64,000 nucleotides of DNA from contig NC_043005.1 in NCBI RefSeq assembly GCF_006345805.1, positions 1,364,001 through 1,428,000 on the forward strand. The letters run 5' to 3'. Positions 52,370-64,000 of the stretch are shown here, piece after piece. Both the position numbers and the translations under genes were made by a program. Within the stretch, counting starts at the first letter, position 1. Each line of letters starts with the position of its first letter. This DNA comes from Octopus sinensis (lineage: Eukaryota). The notes beneath the pieces were generated by a model. That model had not been told where the DNA came from, did no database searches, and saw nothing but the letters and a program-made list of their open reading frames with translations.

Positions 52370-52880
52370 TCATCATCATCATTTAATATCCATTCTCCAA
52401 GCTGGCATGGATTGGATGGTTCGATAGGGGCTGGTAAGGCTGGAGAGCTGCTTGGGTTCCATTTGTCTGTTTTGGCACACTCTTCCTAATGCCAACCATT
52501 TTAGAGAGAGTACTGAGTACTTTACACATGACACTGACATGGACGCTTTTATGTGACACCAGCACAGGCACATTCACATGGCACTGACACAGGTACCTTC
52601 ATGTGCCACTGGCGGAGGCACTTTTACATGTCACCAGCATGGGTATTTTTACACATTCCCGGTGCCTGCAAGACCACCAGAGTAAGATCTCTCAGCCGAG
52701 GATGAGATATAGAAGACATACCTGTCTGTATGGATGGCCATAATTGTACTCAGCTTCACATATCTTCTCAGGCACAGCAAACAGCCAGAAGTCTCAGTCT
52801 TTTGCCATCTCCTGAAACTCTTTTTTTACCACTTCAACCCACATCTTCCTGTGTCTACCCCTTCTGCATATGGGATATTG
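52370..52880 (-). mobile_element. Degraded RTE 3' fragment
   Basis: (CAT)n plus tccattctccaagctggcatgg terminus and tandem units. Confidence 0.7.
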
Positions 52881-53759
52881 ATGATGGACAGTGTGAGCGT
52901 GTGTTGGGGGGGGGGGGTTATCTTGAAGGCTGGGTCAGGGGCAGGGAGAAGGAGGAGGACATTTCTTTCAAACTGAAATTTCCAGAAAACCATTTTTTTC
53001 CCCCGGAATCATAATCTTTGTATTTTCTTTTAAACAGAATTTAAAAGAGAAAATATGAAAAATGTGAAAACAAAAATCAGGGTTATTGGAAAGGTTGGGA
53101 GTGGGGAGGTTGAAAGTTTGAAAAGCTGTTTCAAGAGCAAAATTGGGATCTCCTTTGTTGAAAATATAGAAATCAGAAGAAAAAGAAGGAAAAGAAAACA
53201 AAACGATGGGGTGAGGTGTGGGTGTGCATGAGACACACCCACCTCAACTTAGGATCAACAGCAATACCACCATTATTTTCACAATATGTAACAATAATAT
53301 CAATAACATTACCACACCCAACAATAACAGCTGCAACAACAACAACAGCAGCAACAATCTGTTGAGTTTGATCATTTAGATGATGATGATGATGATGATG
53401 AAGGGGGGGAGTGGCTTTGAATACAACAGAAGCTTTCTTTGGTTATTAGGCTTGTAAGGGGCTGACTTTGGTACATTGTGGGTGTGTGGGGGGGATCTTC
53501 AATGTATGTATATGTGAGGAGGGGGATATGAGAGAGAGAGAGGGGTGGGGGAAGATTGTAATAAAATAAAGACAAAGTGTTTTTGTGTGTGTGACACAGA
53601 AAAACAAGTTAAAAGAGTAATTACGTGATTGCTTCTCTTTGTTAATTGATTCTAGTGTCAATTGTCCCAGAATCGCACTTGTTGTCATTTTTGATGAACT
53701 ACCAAATTATGTGTGCGTCTGCATGAGAGTATGTATTTGTGAGTGTGTCATTTCATTTT

Positions 53760-55280
53760 TGTAATTGCTGCTTATGTCTGGAGGAAGGGACATTGCCCAT
53801 GAACTTTGCAACCCTGCCGCCACCCGCAACTGGAAATATTCTGCTGCAGGTCAACACCTGCGGGAAAGAGATGGAGCAGGGGAGTGATGTAGTGAGGTGG
53901 AAGGAGTAGGTAGAGTGTGAGGCTGGGAAACACAACAAGGATGATGAGAAATGTGGAGGTACAGGTGGGCAAACGGTAACCAAGTAGATAAGCCAGCTTT
54001 GAAAAAAAGACAGCGAGAGAGGAGAAAGCATGGATGCAGTGGGCCAGAGGCTAGAAGTTGTCAGTTGTGAATTCACTTGAGCCTTGCAGTTGAGTCAGCA
54101 GTTGTTGGGATCTAAGATACTAAAGAAGGCCCAGTCTTTAAGGAACGTAGTCATGGCTATGTTTAAGATGTACTTTTACCAGGAGAAATATTTGACAGTC
54201 ATGAAACCCAGCATTTGGAGGGACCATGGGTGGTAACCAAGTTGAGTGTAGAAGAGGCACAGTGTGGTGTGATGATGTTTTCAGGAGTTTTATCTGAATA
54301 TTTTTTTGCTGCTAAAAAAAGAAAGTGACGTGGGTCCATCAGAGGATGCTCTCAAGGTTTCCATTCATGGAATCAATGTAGGTTTGGTGTGTGATGTACA
54401 GGCTGCATGTGGCTGATGCATGGTCAAGGAAGGTTGGAAAAGAATGACCAGCATAAAAGTGGAATTGTTGGATGAAGGGGTAAGGGAGTCATTGACGTCA
54501 CCCTCATCATTGTTTAATGTCTGTTTTCCATGTTGGCATGGGTTGGACGATTTGACTGAGGTCTGGAGAGCCAGCAGCTGCACCAGGCTCCAAATCTGAT
54601 CTAGCAATGTTTCTACAGCTGGGTGCCCTTCCTAATGCCAACCACTCCAAGAGTGTAGTGGGTGCTTTTTACATGCCCTATGTATAAAAGGTAAAGAGTC
54701 TGAGATAGACCTGAACTCTGGTAAACACCAGATTTGATTAAGAGTGGAGTAGAAAGAGCTGCAACATATAGTGCAACGGTGCAATCTAGTATGAAGCTAT
54801 TGACCCAAGAGTTGAGAGCTGAGTGAAGTCTGGAGGCTGGAAGTTTAGAGAAAAGTTATGCATTCTGTAGATGGTGAAAGGTTTTAATGATGTCAAGAGA
54901 GACAATGGTGCTTTTACCAAACTCCTCTAAAGTGAGAACCCACTAAAGAAAGACATAAGAGAATGGGTCTTCAATGGATCTGGCTCTGTGGAAGTCATAT
55001 TGGTGATCCCTTTGGAATGGGACAACTGAAGTATACTTTCCAAATAAGAGGGTATTTCTCCAGAGAGAGAAAGAGAGGAAGGGAGTATGGTGAGAAAGAA
55101 AAAAGGCCAAGTTCTGGGCTGTAGTGTTTGAGTGTAATGGAAACATTATCAAGGTTGGTGGCTTTGTTAGTTTGAAACAAATTAAGAGCTTTCCTCACAC
55201 AGAATGTACTTATGTGAGATGGAAATGGAGTGGGGTTCAACTGCACATAGCTCAAAGTTGCACTTGGATGCAAACTGGGT
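53760..55280 (-). mobile_element. Old CR1/L2-group LINE RT relic with an RTE tail inserted at about 54500-54680
   Basis: ORF 54995..55444 VRKALNLFQTNKATNLD..LKHYSPEL..WKVYFSCPIPKG matches the RT N-terminal KAxGPD..PEL..WK..PIPK pattern. Confidence 0.65.
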
Positions 55281-57069
55281 ATCTGTCTGTCTGTTTCTCT
55301 CTCGCTCTCTTTCTCTCTCTCTACACACACAGAAATAGAGAGAAAATGTGTGTGAGCTGATACACATACTTCTCTCAAAAATAGTAAAAATAAATAAAAA
55401 CCTGATGGTTGTGGTTTGTAAAGCTGATCTAGTTTTCCTATCATATTAATAGTTCATCTCACCAAAATGACAAATATGTATATCTAGTTTCCACTTCATG
55501 CTTAAGTGATTAAATGTTAGGAAGGGCACAAGAGAAATTAAATGGAATTCACAGAATTGAAACAGCAGGGTATGGAGGGAGAGTTACATACTTTGGTGTA
55601 CATCTAAGAAGATACAACCCACTAATGAGCTAAATATCTAAGGTGTGTGATTCTTTGGTACAGCTGACCCCTCCTAAATTGTGGTCAATTTGAGTAAATT
55701 AATCTCAAAGTATGCCATACCATCCTTATCTACTCTTTTTCTCTCAACTAAACAAGACTATTTCATAAAGACTGTTTCACGTAAACATGTAATAAATCAA
55801 ACTGTGTATTCAATGTCTAGTTGGCATTACTTGATAACCAGTAAAATATCCATTAAACAATGATTATCCTGATTAAATTTCAGTGAATGAGAAGACTCAG
55901 TCATCTTTATATTCCAAAATATGTTTGAACTGAGAAATGCCGCCAAGTTACAAGTTGTGTCACAGCACAGCACTTACTTAAAATCTTGACACTAGGCTTT
56001 TCTCAGTGGGTTTTTGTTTAGAAGTGGTTTTTGTATTTCATAGCAGTCACTGTGGATTTTAAAATCATTGAGAGTTGTCGTGATTGCCACTGTTTTTCAA
56101 AGTCCAGTTTTTCAAAGCTCAAACAGATTTCCAATTTAATCTAAGTCCATTCATTTTAATTCTATGGCCCCTTGTCTGACAATTGAATCTGTAAACCTCC
56201 AAAGTCACTACATTAAATGCAATGTTTTTTCCCTACTTGAAACCTAAGAGTCTTAAAGTAGAAGAAAAAAGATGCTTTGACCTCCATGGTTTAGGGACTT
56301 AAACGGTGTGAAACTGGTTGCATTAAGATACTGAAAGCGGTTGACCAAAAGGTTAATCGCTTTGTCTAATGTGATTTATATTAACACAGAAAAGTTGTGA
56401 TGTTCCTACATTTCCCAGGAGGATTTGCTATAAAATGATTATAGTGATGATGATCATGTTGATGTTATGATGACAAACTGATTGGCTTATTAATAAAAGC
56501 TGAAGGAAATTTAAGGGACAAAATGAGCAAAAAGTTTATCCGTTCCTCTTACATATGAAACGAAATATCTTCCCCATTTCATATTTGCATAAAACTAAAA
56601 CTAAAACTAAAAGCAACAGACTTTTAAAATGAGAGGATTTTTTGCTGAAACATCAGCAACTTGCTCTGGAGAATCTCTGAAAAATGGGCCTTCAGTCTAG
56701 CTTTAAACTAAAGTGTTTAGGATTCAGTTGTAATTATGTGAAGTTATGGACAGTGGAGAGACTAAGAAGAAGAAGAAGAAGGAAAAAGTTTTATTTAGGA
56801 AGGAATGTAAAGTTATAATAGAGAGTCTCTAATAGTATTTATGAAGGACTTGCAGGATAGCAAAGTCCAAAGCTGGGATTCTTGTAAAAAGAGAAAATAT
56901 CACAGTATTTAATACAAACATTATTTTTAAGCAATTCCATGGACAGCGTATATATCCGTGAAAGTGTCTGTTTGCCTATGAATGTGTGTATGCTTATGTG
57001 TTTATCTTAGCAAGCACAATCATGTGTATGTGTGTATATTATAGTTTTGAATAGGTATATATATATACA

Positions 57070-57303
57070 TAAAAAGCACCAACCAAACGTGGTCGATGCC
57101 AGTGCCACCTGACTGGCTCCCATGCCAGTGGCACGTAAAAAGCACCCACTACATTCTCAGAGTGGTTGGCATTAGGAAGGACATCCAGCTGTAGAAACAG
57201 TGCCAGATCAGACTGGAGCCTGTTGCAGCCTCCTGGTTTGCCAGTCTTCAGTCAAACCATCCAGCCCATGCCAGCACAGAGAGCAGATGTTAAACGATGA
57301 TGA
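57070..57303 (+). mobile_element. RTE 3' tail fragment
   Basis: gtggcacgtaaaaagcacccactac...gttaaacgatgatgat. Confidence 0.85.
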
Positions 57304-58244
57304 TTCACACACACACACACACACAATTCTGTAACTCCAATACTGATCTAGACAAAACAAATTCAGGGAGATTAACATCTCATATAATCTCACCCTTGGA
57401 ACAAAATTTTGCTGCTTAAAATTTCTCAACAAACTCTCTAAAACACTTCAGACATTGCTGTCCCTAGGTTGTTGTTGATTATGTTGATTTCATTATTGTT
57501 GAGATGAGAGATGATTAGCAACGAGTGTATGGCAATGTATAACCAACTGAACAAGAGAGTGTAAGTTCAGATCTCATCACTGACATCTCATCATGTCCCT
57601 GGCGAACACACCTAACAGCCAAGTTACACATTGCCTAACGAATACAGTAACAAAGCTCTCCAGATGGACTGTACCTGGGATTTGAAGACTCAAATATATT
57701 CCACTGAGTCTGAAAATTATGGTCAAAGCCTAAATACCTATGAAATACTCAGCAGCTGATCCTGTAATATGCTGGGGAAAGTCCTTTCATTGACTGGTCA
57801 ACTGAAATCCAGTGCAACATTCTAAAATTGATGACTGTTTCATTAACTTGCAAGCTATGGGCCTGGGCAAGGTACCAACAAACTATTCCAGTGTCTTCTT
57901 CCTTGAATCACTTAGAATAAAGTCTGTATTTTCACTGGGCTTTACTAGATGAATCACCTTTAGCAAATATATAGGTGTGAGCATTACTGTTTGTGCATCA
58001 TCATTTCTATATATCATTCATCATCATCATCATCAGCAGCAGCAGCAACAAGACAGAATCATTTGCATGACAAGTAAAATGGCTGCTAGCATTTTATCTG
58101 TCTTTACATTCTCAGTTCAAATTCTGTTGAGATCAACTTTGCTTTTCATCCTTTCAGAGTTGATAAAATAAATACCAGTTGGGCACTGGGGTCAATGTAA
58201 TCGAAAATGCTGGCTTTGTGCCAAAATTTGAAACTGTTGTTGTT

Positions 58245-58284
<40 letters not shown>

Positions 58285-58286
58285 TC

Positions 58287-59090
58287 ATTATTACTGAGGG
58301 AGAGAGCACTGCATACCATCAAAGTGACAATAGCATAAATATATAAAGCCCAATATTCCCATCATTGCTATCTGTCTGATAAAGGTATGCCAGGCACATA
58401 CATTACAACAATATGTGCACAACATGGTGACCTCATATCAAGATAAACAGTATATAACCTTGCAGATGAGGCCCAGTTAGAATTTTCTTCAGGTCAAGTA
58501 GTCCATCCCACTCAATTATTACTGTTATTGAGTGAGAGAGCAGTGGATGCCATCAAAGTGACACTGGGATAAAATATACGAAGCCCAGTATACCCATCAA
58601 GACTACCCGTCTGATAAGGGTACACCAGGCACATGCATCACAGCCATATGTGCGCGACAAGGTGACCTCATATCAAGATAAACAGCGCATGACCTTGCAG
58701 GTGGGGCCCAGTTAGAATTTTCTTCAGGTCAAGTAGCCCATCCTGCTCAAAAGGTTCCTGAATAAGGGTTGTTTAAGGATGTTGAATGAAACACCCATGT
58801 TTCCAGAGGTGAATTATTCAAACCCCAAAGAATACCTCTCAACACATGGCTATGATGCTCCCCCACTACTTCTGCTCGTGATCAGAGATGCACATATCGC
58901 CAGCCACTAAGGGAGATGGTCAACTGGTTAAGGTCAAACAACTGACAAGCAAATCTGTGGTACTAAGCAGAATATTTGTTATAGCTCATCTTTTACACCA
59001 AGACAAAACAGTGTACATGATAACACTTCCAATCAGTTAAGATCAGAAGCCATGAGAGCTACTGCCTGGTACTGCATCAGGGCATCTTCT
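58287..59090 (-). mobile_element. Two tandem copies (58287-58515 partial, 58525-59090 long) of the element at 20700-21253
   Basis: gagagagcaYtg..ccatcaaagtgaca..gttagaattttcttcaggtcaagtag occurs twice. Confidence 0.82.
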
Positions 59091-59939
59091 TATTATTATA
59101 TGTATATCATCATGTGCTATTAGTTTGTATTATTACAGTAAAAGATCATTAAATAAGAAACTCTTATTCTTCTCCAAATTCTTGGATGTATTCTATTATA
59201 AGTTATACAGGTTTTGTTCTTTTACTCTGCCTTTTTTTTTGTTTTGTTTATCTCAAATTGGTGTGGATGATTATCCAATACAATTTACATAAAAAAATCT
59301 TAGTAGTTATTTCTTTCTGTATTGATCATTATTCAGACTTAGACAACAAAGAAATGTTCTTTTTCTCTGTGAAAAGCACACACTGATATCAAGTTGGATT
59401 GCTTTGAATAATTGTCACATATCCAAATGGTAGCAGAGTAAATTTAGAAACAAACACACCACGAACAACAGATAGTGTAGTAACCACAATCTCATTCTAC
59501 CGTAACAAAAACAAAACCAAACAATGTGACAACTCTAAGAATCAAATAAGTTTATATTAATTTGAGCAATGTACAAAATAAATCTAATTGAGAACTGTAA
59601 ACACATTTGAGATGGTTTCTTTACTACGAATGTACAAGACTTCTAAGGAAAACATTAGTTGATATAGATTAACATCTTGATCCAGACAAAAATCTAGTCC
59701 CATTCAATACTAGAAAAATTGGAGTTAAAATCTCTTTACTGTGATCTTTTCTTCTGTTCTTATGACCCCTTGTGTTTTTTCTCAATTTAAATGAAAGGTC
59801 TTTCTCTCTAGATGAGCAATTATGAAATAACTTACTAAAGACAATAAAACAATGATCAGACTCAGATAATTCTAGCCAGCCTTGCTTGAACGAATCTATG
59901 ATAGAACAAACATACAGTCCATTTGACCACCTTCAGCTA

Positions 59940-60200
59940 GTCTTTGAGAGCTTTGAACAGCGTTAAATCTGTTGCAAGTTTACAAAACAGACCATATCCA
60001 ATGGTTATCTTCTCAATCATGTTCTTTGCCAACTTACAAATATTTAGCCAGGGCATTAGTCGTACCAATCCCACCGGTATAGAAGGACCCAAAATGGTGA
60101 TCAGCCCAACGTTTCTTACGTCTGTATTTCCAGCTGCAACTTTTAAATCTTTAATGTTGGACATGTCCAAGTATATACATTGCTTTCTTTTAAAGGTAGT
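59940..60200 (-). mobile_element. Possible Mutator/MULE transposase relic
   Basis: Stop-interrupted frame WKYRRKKRWADHHFGSFYTGGIGTTNALAKYL loosely resembles MULE RWA..TTN..E..N..LK; weak. Confidence 0.25.
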
Positions 60201-60694
60201 GAGGAATTCCTTGAGTTAAATTTGGCTATTATACTGAACAGGGAGGACAATTCACTGAAAATATACACCCAACTCATAAAAAGAAAATTTGTGATTGTAT
60301 TATTGATAGCAATTTAGGATTGGTCTAACACGAGAAGACAATATCAACGAAAGAAAGGGAAGGAGAAAATAATACAAGAGAAAGCAACTTTAAGAATATT
60401 AACAAAAGTAAAACTAATAACAAAATTCAAGTAGGTTTGGATATCTTCTCCTTTTTTTACCTTGGTTAATGTAGGGGTCCAGTAGGTGTTCAAATGAAAT
60501 GCCTCAACATAACCTGCTGACCTGACTCTGCTGACAGGTAAGATTAGCAAGTCAATAGTGATAGGTAAATAGAATGCCTTTCCCACCACCTGAGATTCTT
60601 TCAGGTTATATGGAAAGAGGTGCAAGGTGAGGAGGGGGTTGTTATATTTGTAAATGTTTACAGAGTGTAGGAGATAACAATAAGATTTATAGGG

Positions 60695-60697
<3 letters not shown>

Positions 60698-60750
<53 letters not shown>

Positions 60751-61026
60751 CATACATATATATAATCATACATACATATATAATATACATATATATATAT
60801 ACATACATATATATATATACGTACATATATATATATACATATATACATACATATATATAATCATACATATATATATACATACATATATATATACATACAT
60901 ATATATATACATACATACATATATACATACATACATACATATATACATACATACATATATATAATCATACATACATATATATAATCATACATATATATAT
61001 ATAATCATACATATATATATACATAC

Positions 61027-61059
<33 letters not shown>

Positions 61060-61060
61060 C
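60698..61060. repeat. (AT)n/(ATAC)n compound microsatellite
   Basis: Seen directly in sequence. Confidence 0.95.
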
Positions 61061-64000
61061 ATCATCATCATCATCATTTAGCGTCCGTTTTCCATGCTAG
61101 CATGGGTTGGACGGTTCTACTGGGGTCTGTGAAGCCAGAAGGCTTCATCAGGCCCAGTCAAATCTGGCAGTGTTTCTACGGCTGGATGCCCTTCCTAACG
61201 CCAACCACTCCGTGAGTGTAGTGGGTGCTTTTTACGTGCCACCCGCACTGGTGCCAGACAGAGCTGGCAAACGGCCACGAACGGATGGTGCTTTTTATGT
61301 GCCACCGGCACGAGGGCCAGGCGAGGCTGGCAACGGACACGAAACGGGGCGGTGCTGGCAACGGTCGCGAAACGGAAAGTTCTCTTACATGCCACCGGCA
61401 CTGGTAACACATCTGCAATTTCCATTGATCGATTTCCATTGATCGATTTCGATTCTGATCCTCACTTGCCTCAATGGGTCTTCACAAGCAGAGTTTCGAC
61501 ATGCCACCGGCACTGGTAGCACATCCGCAATTTCCATTGATCGATTTCGATTCTGATCCTCACTTGCCTCAACACGTCTTCACAAGTAGAGTTTTGTGTC
61601 CCAAGAAGGGAAGGTATGCATACGTAGGTTGGCTCCATCCCATGTAGAAGGCCACGGGTTGTGGACTCACTTGTCCTGCCGGGTCTTCTCTCGCACAGCA
61701 CACTTCCAGAGGTCTCGGTCTCTAGTCATTTCCTCAGTGAGACCTAAAGTTCGAAGGTCGTGCTTCACCACCTCGTCCCAGGTTTTCCTGGGTCTGCCTC
61801 TTCCACAGGTTCCCTCAACCGCTAGGGTGTGGCACTTTTTCACACAACTATCTTCATCCATTCTCGCCACATGACCATACCAGCGCAAACGTCTCTCTTG
61901 CACACCACAACTGATGCTTCTTAGGTCCAGCTTTTCTCTCAAGGTACTTACACTCTGCCGAGTGTGAGTACCGGCATTACACATCCATCGGAGCATACTG
62001 GCTTCATTTCTAGCGAGCTTACGCATATCCTCAGCAGTCACGGCCCATGTTTCACTGCCATGTAGCATGGCTGTTCGTACACACGCATCATACAGTCTGC
62101 CTTTCACTCTGTGTGAGAGGCCTTTTGTCACCAGCAGAGGTAAGAGCTCTCTGAACTTTGCCCAAGCTATTCTTACTCTAGCAGTTACACTTTCAGCACA
62201 CCCGCCCCCGCTGCTGACTTGGTCACCTAGGTAACGGAAACTATCAACTATTTCTAGTTTTTCTCCCTGGAAAGTGACGGAAGTTGGTCTCAGAGCATTT
62301 TCAGTGTTTATTGTTCCTGAGCATCTGCCACATACAAAAACCATCTTCCTAGTTAGCCTTCCTTTGACATTGCTGCATCTCTTATGTGTCCATAGCTTAC
62401 ACTTGGTGCATCTTATAGAGTTTCTACCTACACCTTTTCTACAGATCGAGCAGGGCCATCTACCTGAAGGTGTTTGTGATTTGTCTACCTTCCTACTGAT
62501 TACGACTTTGGTTTTAGCTAGATTGACTCTGAGGCCCTTCGATTCTAATCCTTGTTTCCACACCTGAAACTTCTCCTCCAGTTCTGATAGCGACTCAGCA
62601 ATTAGAGCAAGGTCATCAGCATAGAGGAGCTCCCAAGGGCATCCTGTCTTGAATTCCTCCGTTATTGCCTGGAGGACTATGATAAATAGGAGGGGGCTGA
62701 GTACTGAGCCTTGGTGGACCCCTACCTCTACCCGGAATTCTTCACTGTACTCATTTCCAACCCTCACCCTACTAGCGGCGTCCCTATACATGGCCCGCAC
62801 AGCTCTCACTAACCATTCATCTATCCCTAGTTTTCTCATTGCCCACCAGATAAGGGATCGGGGGACCCTGTCGAAGGCTTTCTCCATGTCAACAAAAGCC
62901 AGGTACAGGGGCTTATCTTTGGCTAGGTATTTCTCCTGCAGCTGCCTTACCAGGAATATAGCATCAGTAGTACTTTTCCCTGGCACAAACCCAAACTGCA
63001 TCTCATCTAAACTAACTCTCTCTCTAATTAGTTGGGCTATGACCCTCTCCGTAACCTTCATCACCTGGTCCAACAGCTTGATACCTCTGTAGTTATTTGT
63101 ATCTAGGGCATCACCTTTACCTTTGTAGCAGTTGACTATTATACTGCTACACCAGTCATTGGGTATGACCCCTTTGTGTATCACCTGATTAACTATATGG
63201 GTGACTAGGCTATAGCCGACACTACCAGACATTTTGAGCATCTCTGCAGTGATTCCTGATGGGCCTGGGGCTTTCCCTGTCTTCATGCTTCTAATTGCCT
63301 TAGCTACCACAGAACTATCAACTCGGATAGCTGGTCCCTCTGTTGGGTCAACATTCGGCAGACTCTCTTTATCCCATTCATTTTCTTCATTCAGCAACCT
63401 TTCATAGTGGCATCTCCAAACCTCTCTCTTCGCATCCTCATTTAGCGCAAGTGAACCATCTTCCATGCGAACACACTTCTCTCCTACCACATCACGATTC
63501 TCTCTCACACACTGTCTTGCAACACGAAACACCTCCAGTCTTTGGTCCTCACGGCGCAGAACATTGGCAAATTTTTTCTTATCTGCTTCCCCTCTGGCTA
63601 AATAAACCTGTCTCCTAGCTTCTCTTTTGGCAGTCTGATACAATTCCCTGCTACCCCCATTTTTCCAGACCTTCCAAGCCTGTCTCTTTTCTCTAATAGC
63701 CCTGTCTACAATATTGTTCCACCACCACGTTATTCTAGGTCGAGAGGGGACTTTGCACCAGCCACAGATCTGGTCAGTGGCTCTCAGCAGGTTGTCTCTT
63801 AGAAACGTCCAGCTGTCTTCTACTCCCTGTGATGCTCTATCCCCTTCTACTTCGTCAGAGGCTTCAAGTAATATGTCCCTAAATCTCTGTCCATTTGCAG
63901 GATCTTTAAGCTTCCATATCCTTCTTCTCCATATTTGTCGTCTTCTGGTTGTCCTCCTAGTCCTGATCCTAAAGTCACTAACTACCAGTCTATGTTGTGG
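61061..64000 (-). mobile_element. Young RTE LINE (second subfamily) running off the window end
   Basis: Uninterrupted ORF, 3' UTR tandem units, 113-bp internal duplication, (GAT)n tail in (AT)n. Confidence 0.95.
61667..64000 (-). CDS. RTE ORF (partial, 778 open codons): linker + reverse transcriptase with inserted PHD-type finger
   Basis: Manual translation shows no stop from 64000 to 61667 (PQHRLVVSDF..); RT motifs YRGIKLL, DMEKAFDRV, GVHQGSVLSP, YADD; C4HC3 at 62321-62452. Confidence 0.92.
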   Translation of the reverse strand, partial: PQHRLVVSDFRIRTRRTTRRRQIWRRRIWKLKDPANGQRFRDILLEASDEVEGDRASQGVEDSWTFLRDNLLRATDQICGWCKVPSRPRITWWWNNIVDRAIREKRQAWKVWKNGGSRELYQTAKREARRQVYLARGEADKKKFANVLRREDQRLEVFRVARQCVRENRDVVGEKCVRMEDGSLALNEDAKREVWRCHYERLLNEENEWDKESLPNVDPTEGPAIRVDSSVVAKAIRSMKTGKAPGPSGITAEMLKMSGSVGYSLVTHIVNQVIHKGVIPNDWCSSIIVNCYKGKGDALDTNNYRGIKLLDQVMKVTERVIAQLIRERVSLDEMQFGFVPGKSTTDAIFLVRQLQEKYLAKDKPLYLAFVDMEKAFDRVPRSLIWWAMRKLGIDEWLVRAVRAMYRDAASRVRVGNEYSEEFRVEVGVHQGSVLSPLLFIIVLQAITEEFKTGCPWELLYADDLALIAESLSELEEKFQVWKQGLESKGLRVNLAKTKVVISRKVDKSQTPSGRWPCSICRKGVGRNSIRCTKCKLWTHKRCSNVKGRLTRKMVFVCGRCSGTINTENALRPTSVTFQGEKLEIVDSFRYLGDQVSSGGGCAESVTARVRIAWAKFRELLPLLVTKGLSHRVKGRLYDACVRTAMLHGSETWAVTAEDMRKLARNEASMLRWMCNAGTHTRQSVSTLREKLDLRSISCGVQERRLRWYGHVARMDEDSCVKKCHTLAVEGTCGRGRPRKTWDEVVKHDLRTLGLTEEMTRDRDLWKCAVREKTRQDK

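Overview
AT-rich, repeat-dense animal genomic DNA, most likely an octopod cephalopod. That assignment is recalled from the SINE/LINE repertoire and microsatellite style, not database-checked. There are no prokaryotic features, CRISPR arrays, rRNA or tRNA genes. Most of the window is intron-like or intergenic DNA filled with retroelements: (1) a young CR1-clade LINE whose 921-codon ORF2 has one nonsense codon, nested in an older LINE; (2) many RTE-clade LINEs, one open to the window edge, carrying a C4HC3 PHD-type finger inside the RT and a variable tandem array in the 3' UTR; (3) R4/Dong-like restriction-endonuclease LINE fragments sitting in (AAT)n tracts; (4) Tx1, Helitron and possibly MULE relics; (5) three tRNA-derived SINE families. 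A CpG-rich island at about 35.7-40.5 kb looks like a promoter, possibly bidirectional. It holds a candidate first coding exon on the minus strand (MEERQEMVKEASLEKTDEE) and a signal-peptide-like exon on the plus strand that is one base out of frame with its best ATG. I could not identify either host gene. The best leads are the PHD-in-RT RTE family, a 59-bp foldback hairpin, a perfect 419-bp duplication containing a microexon-like unit, and the island exons. I found no clear evidence of a wholly new system. Boundaries of degraded repeats are approximate (tens of bp).
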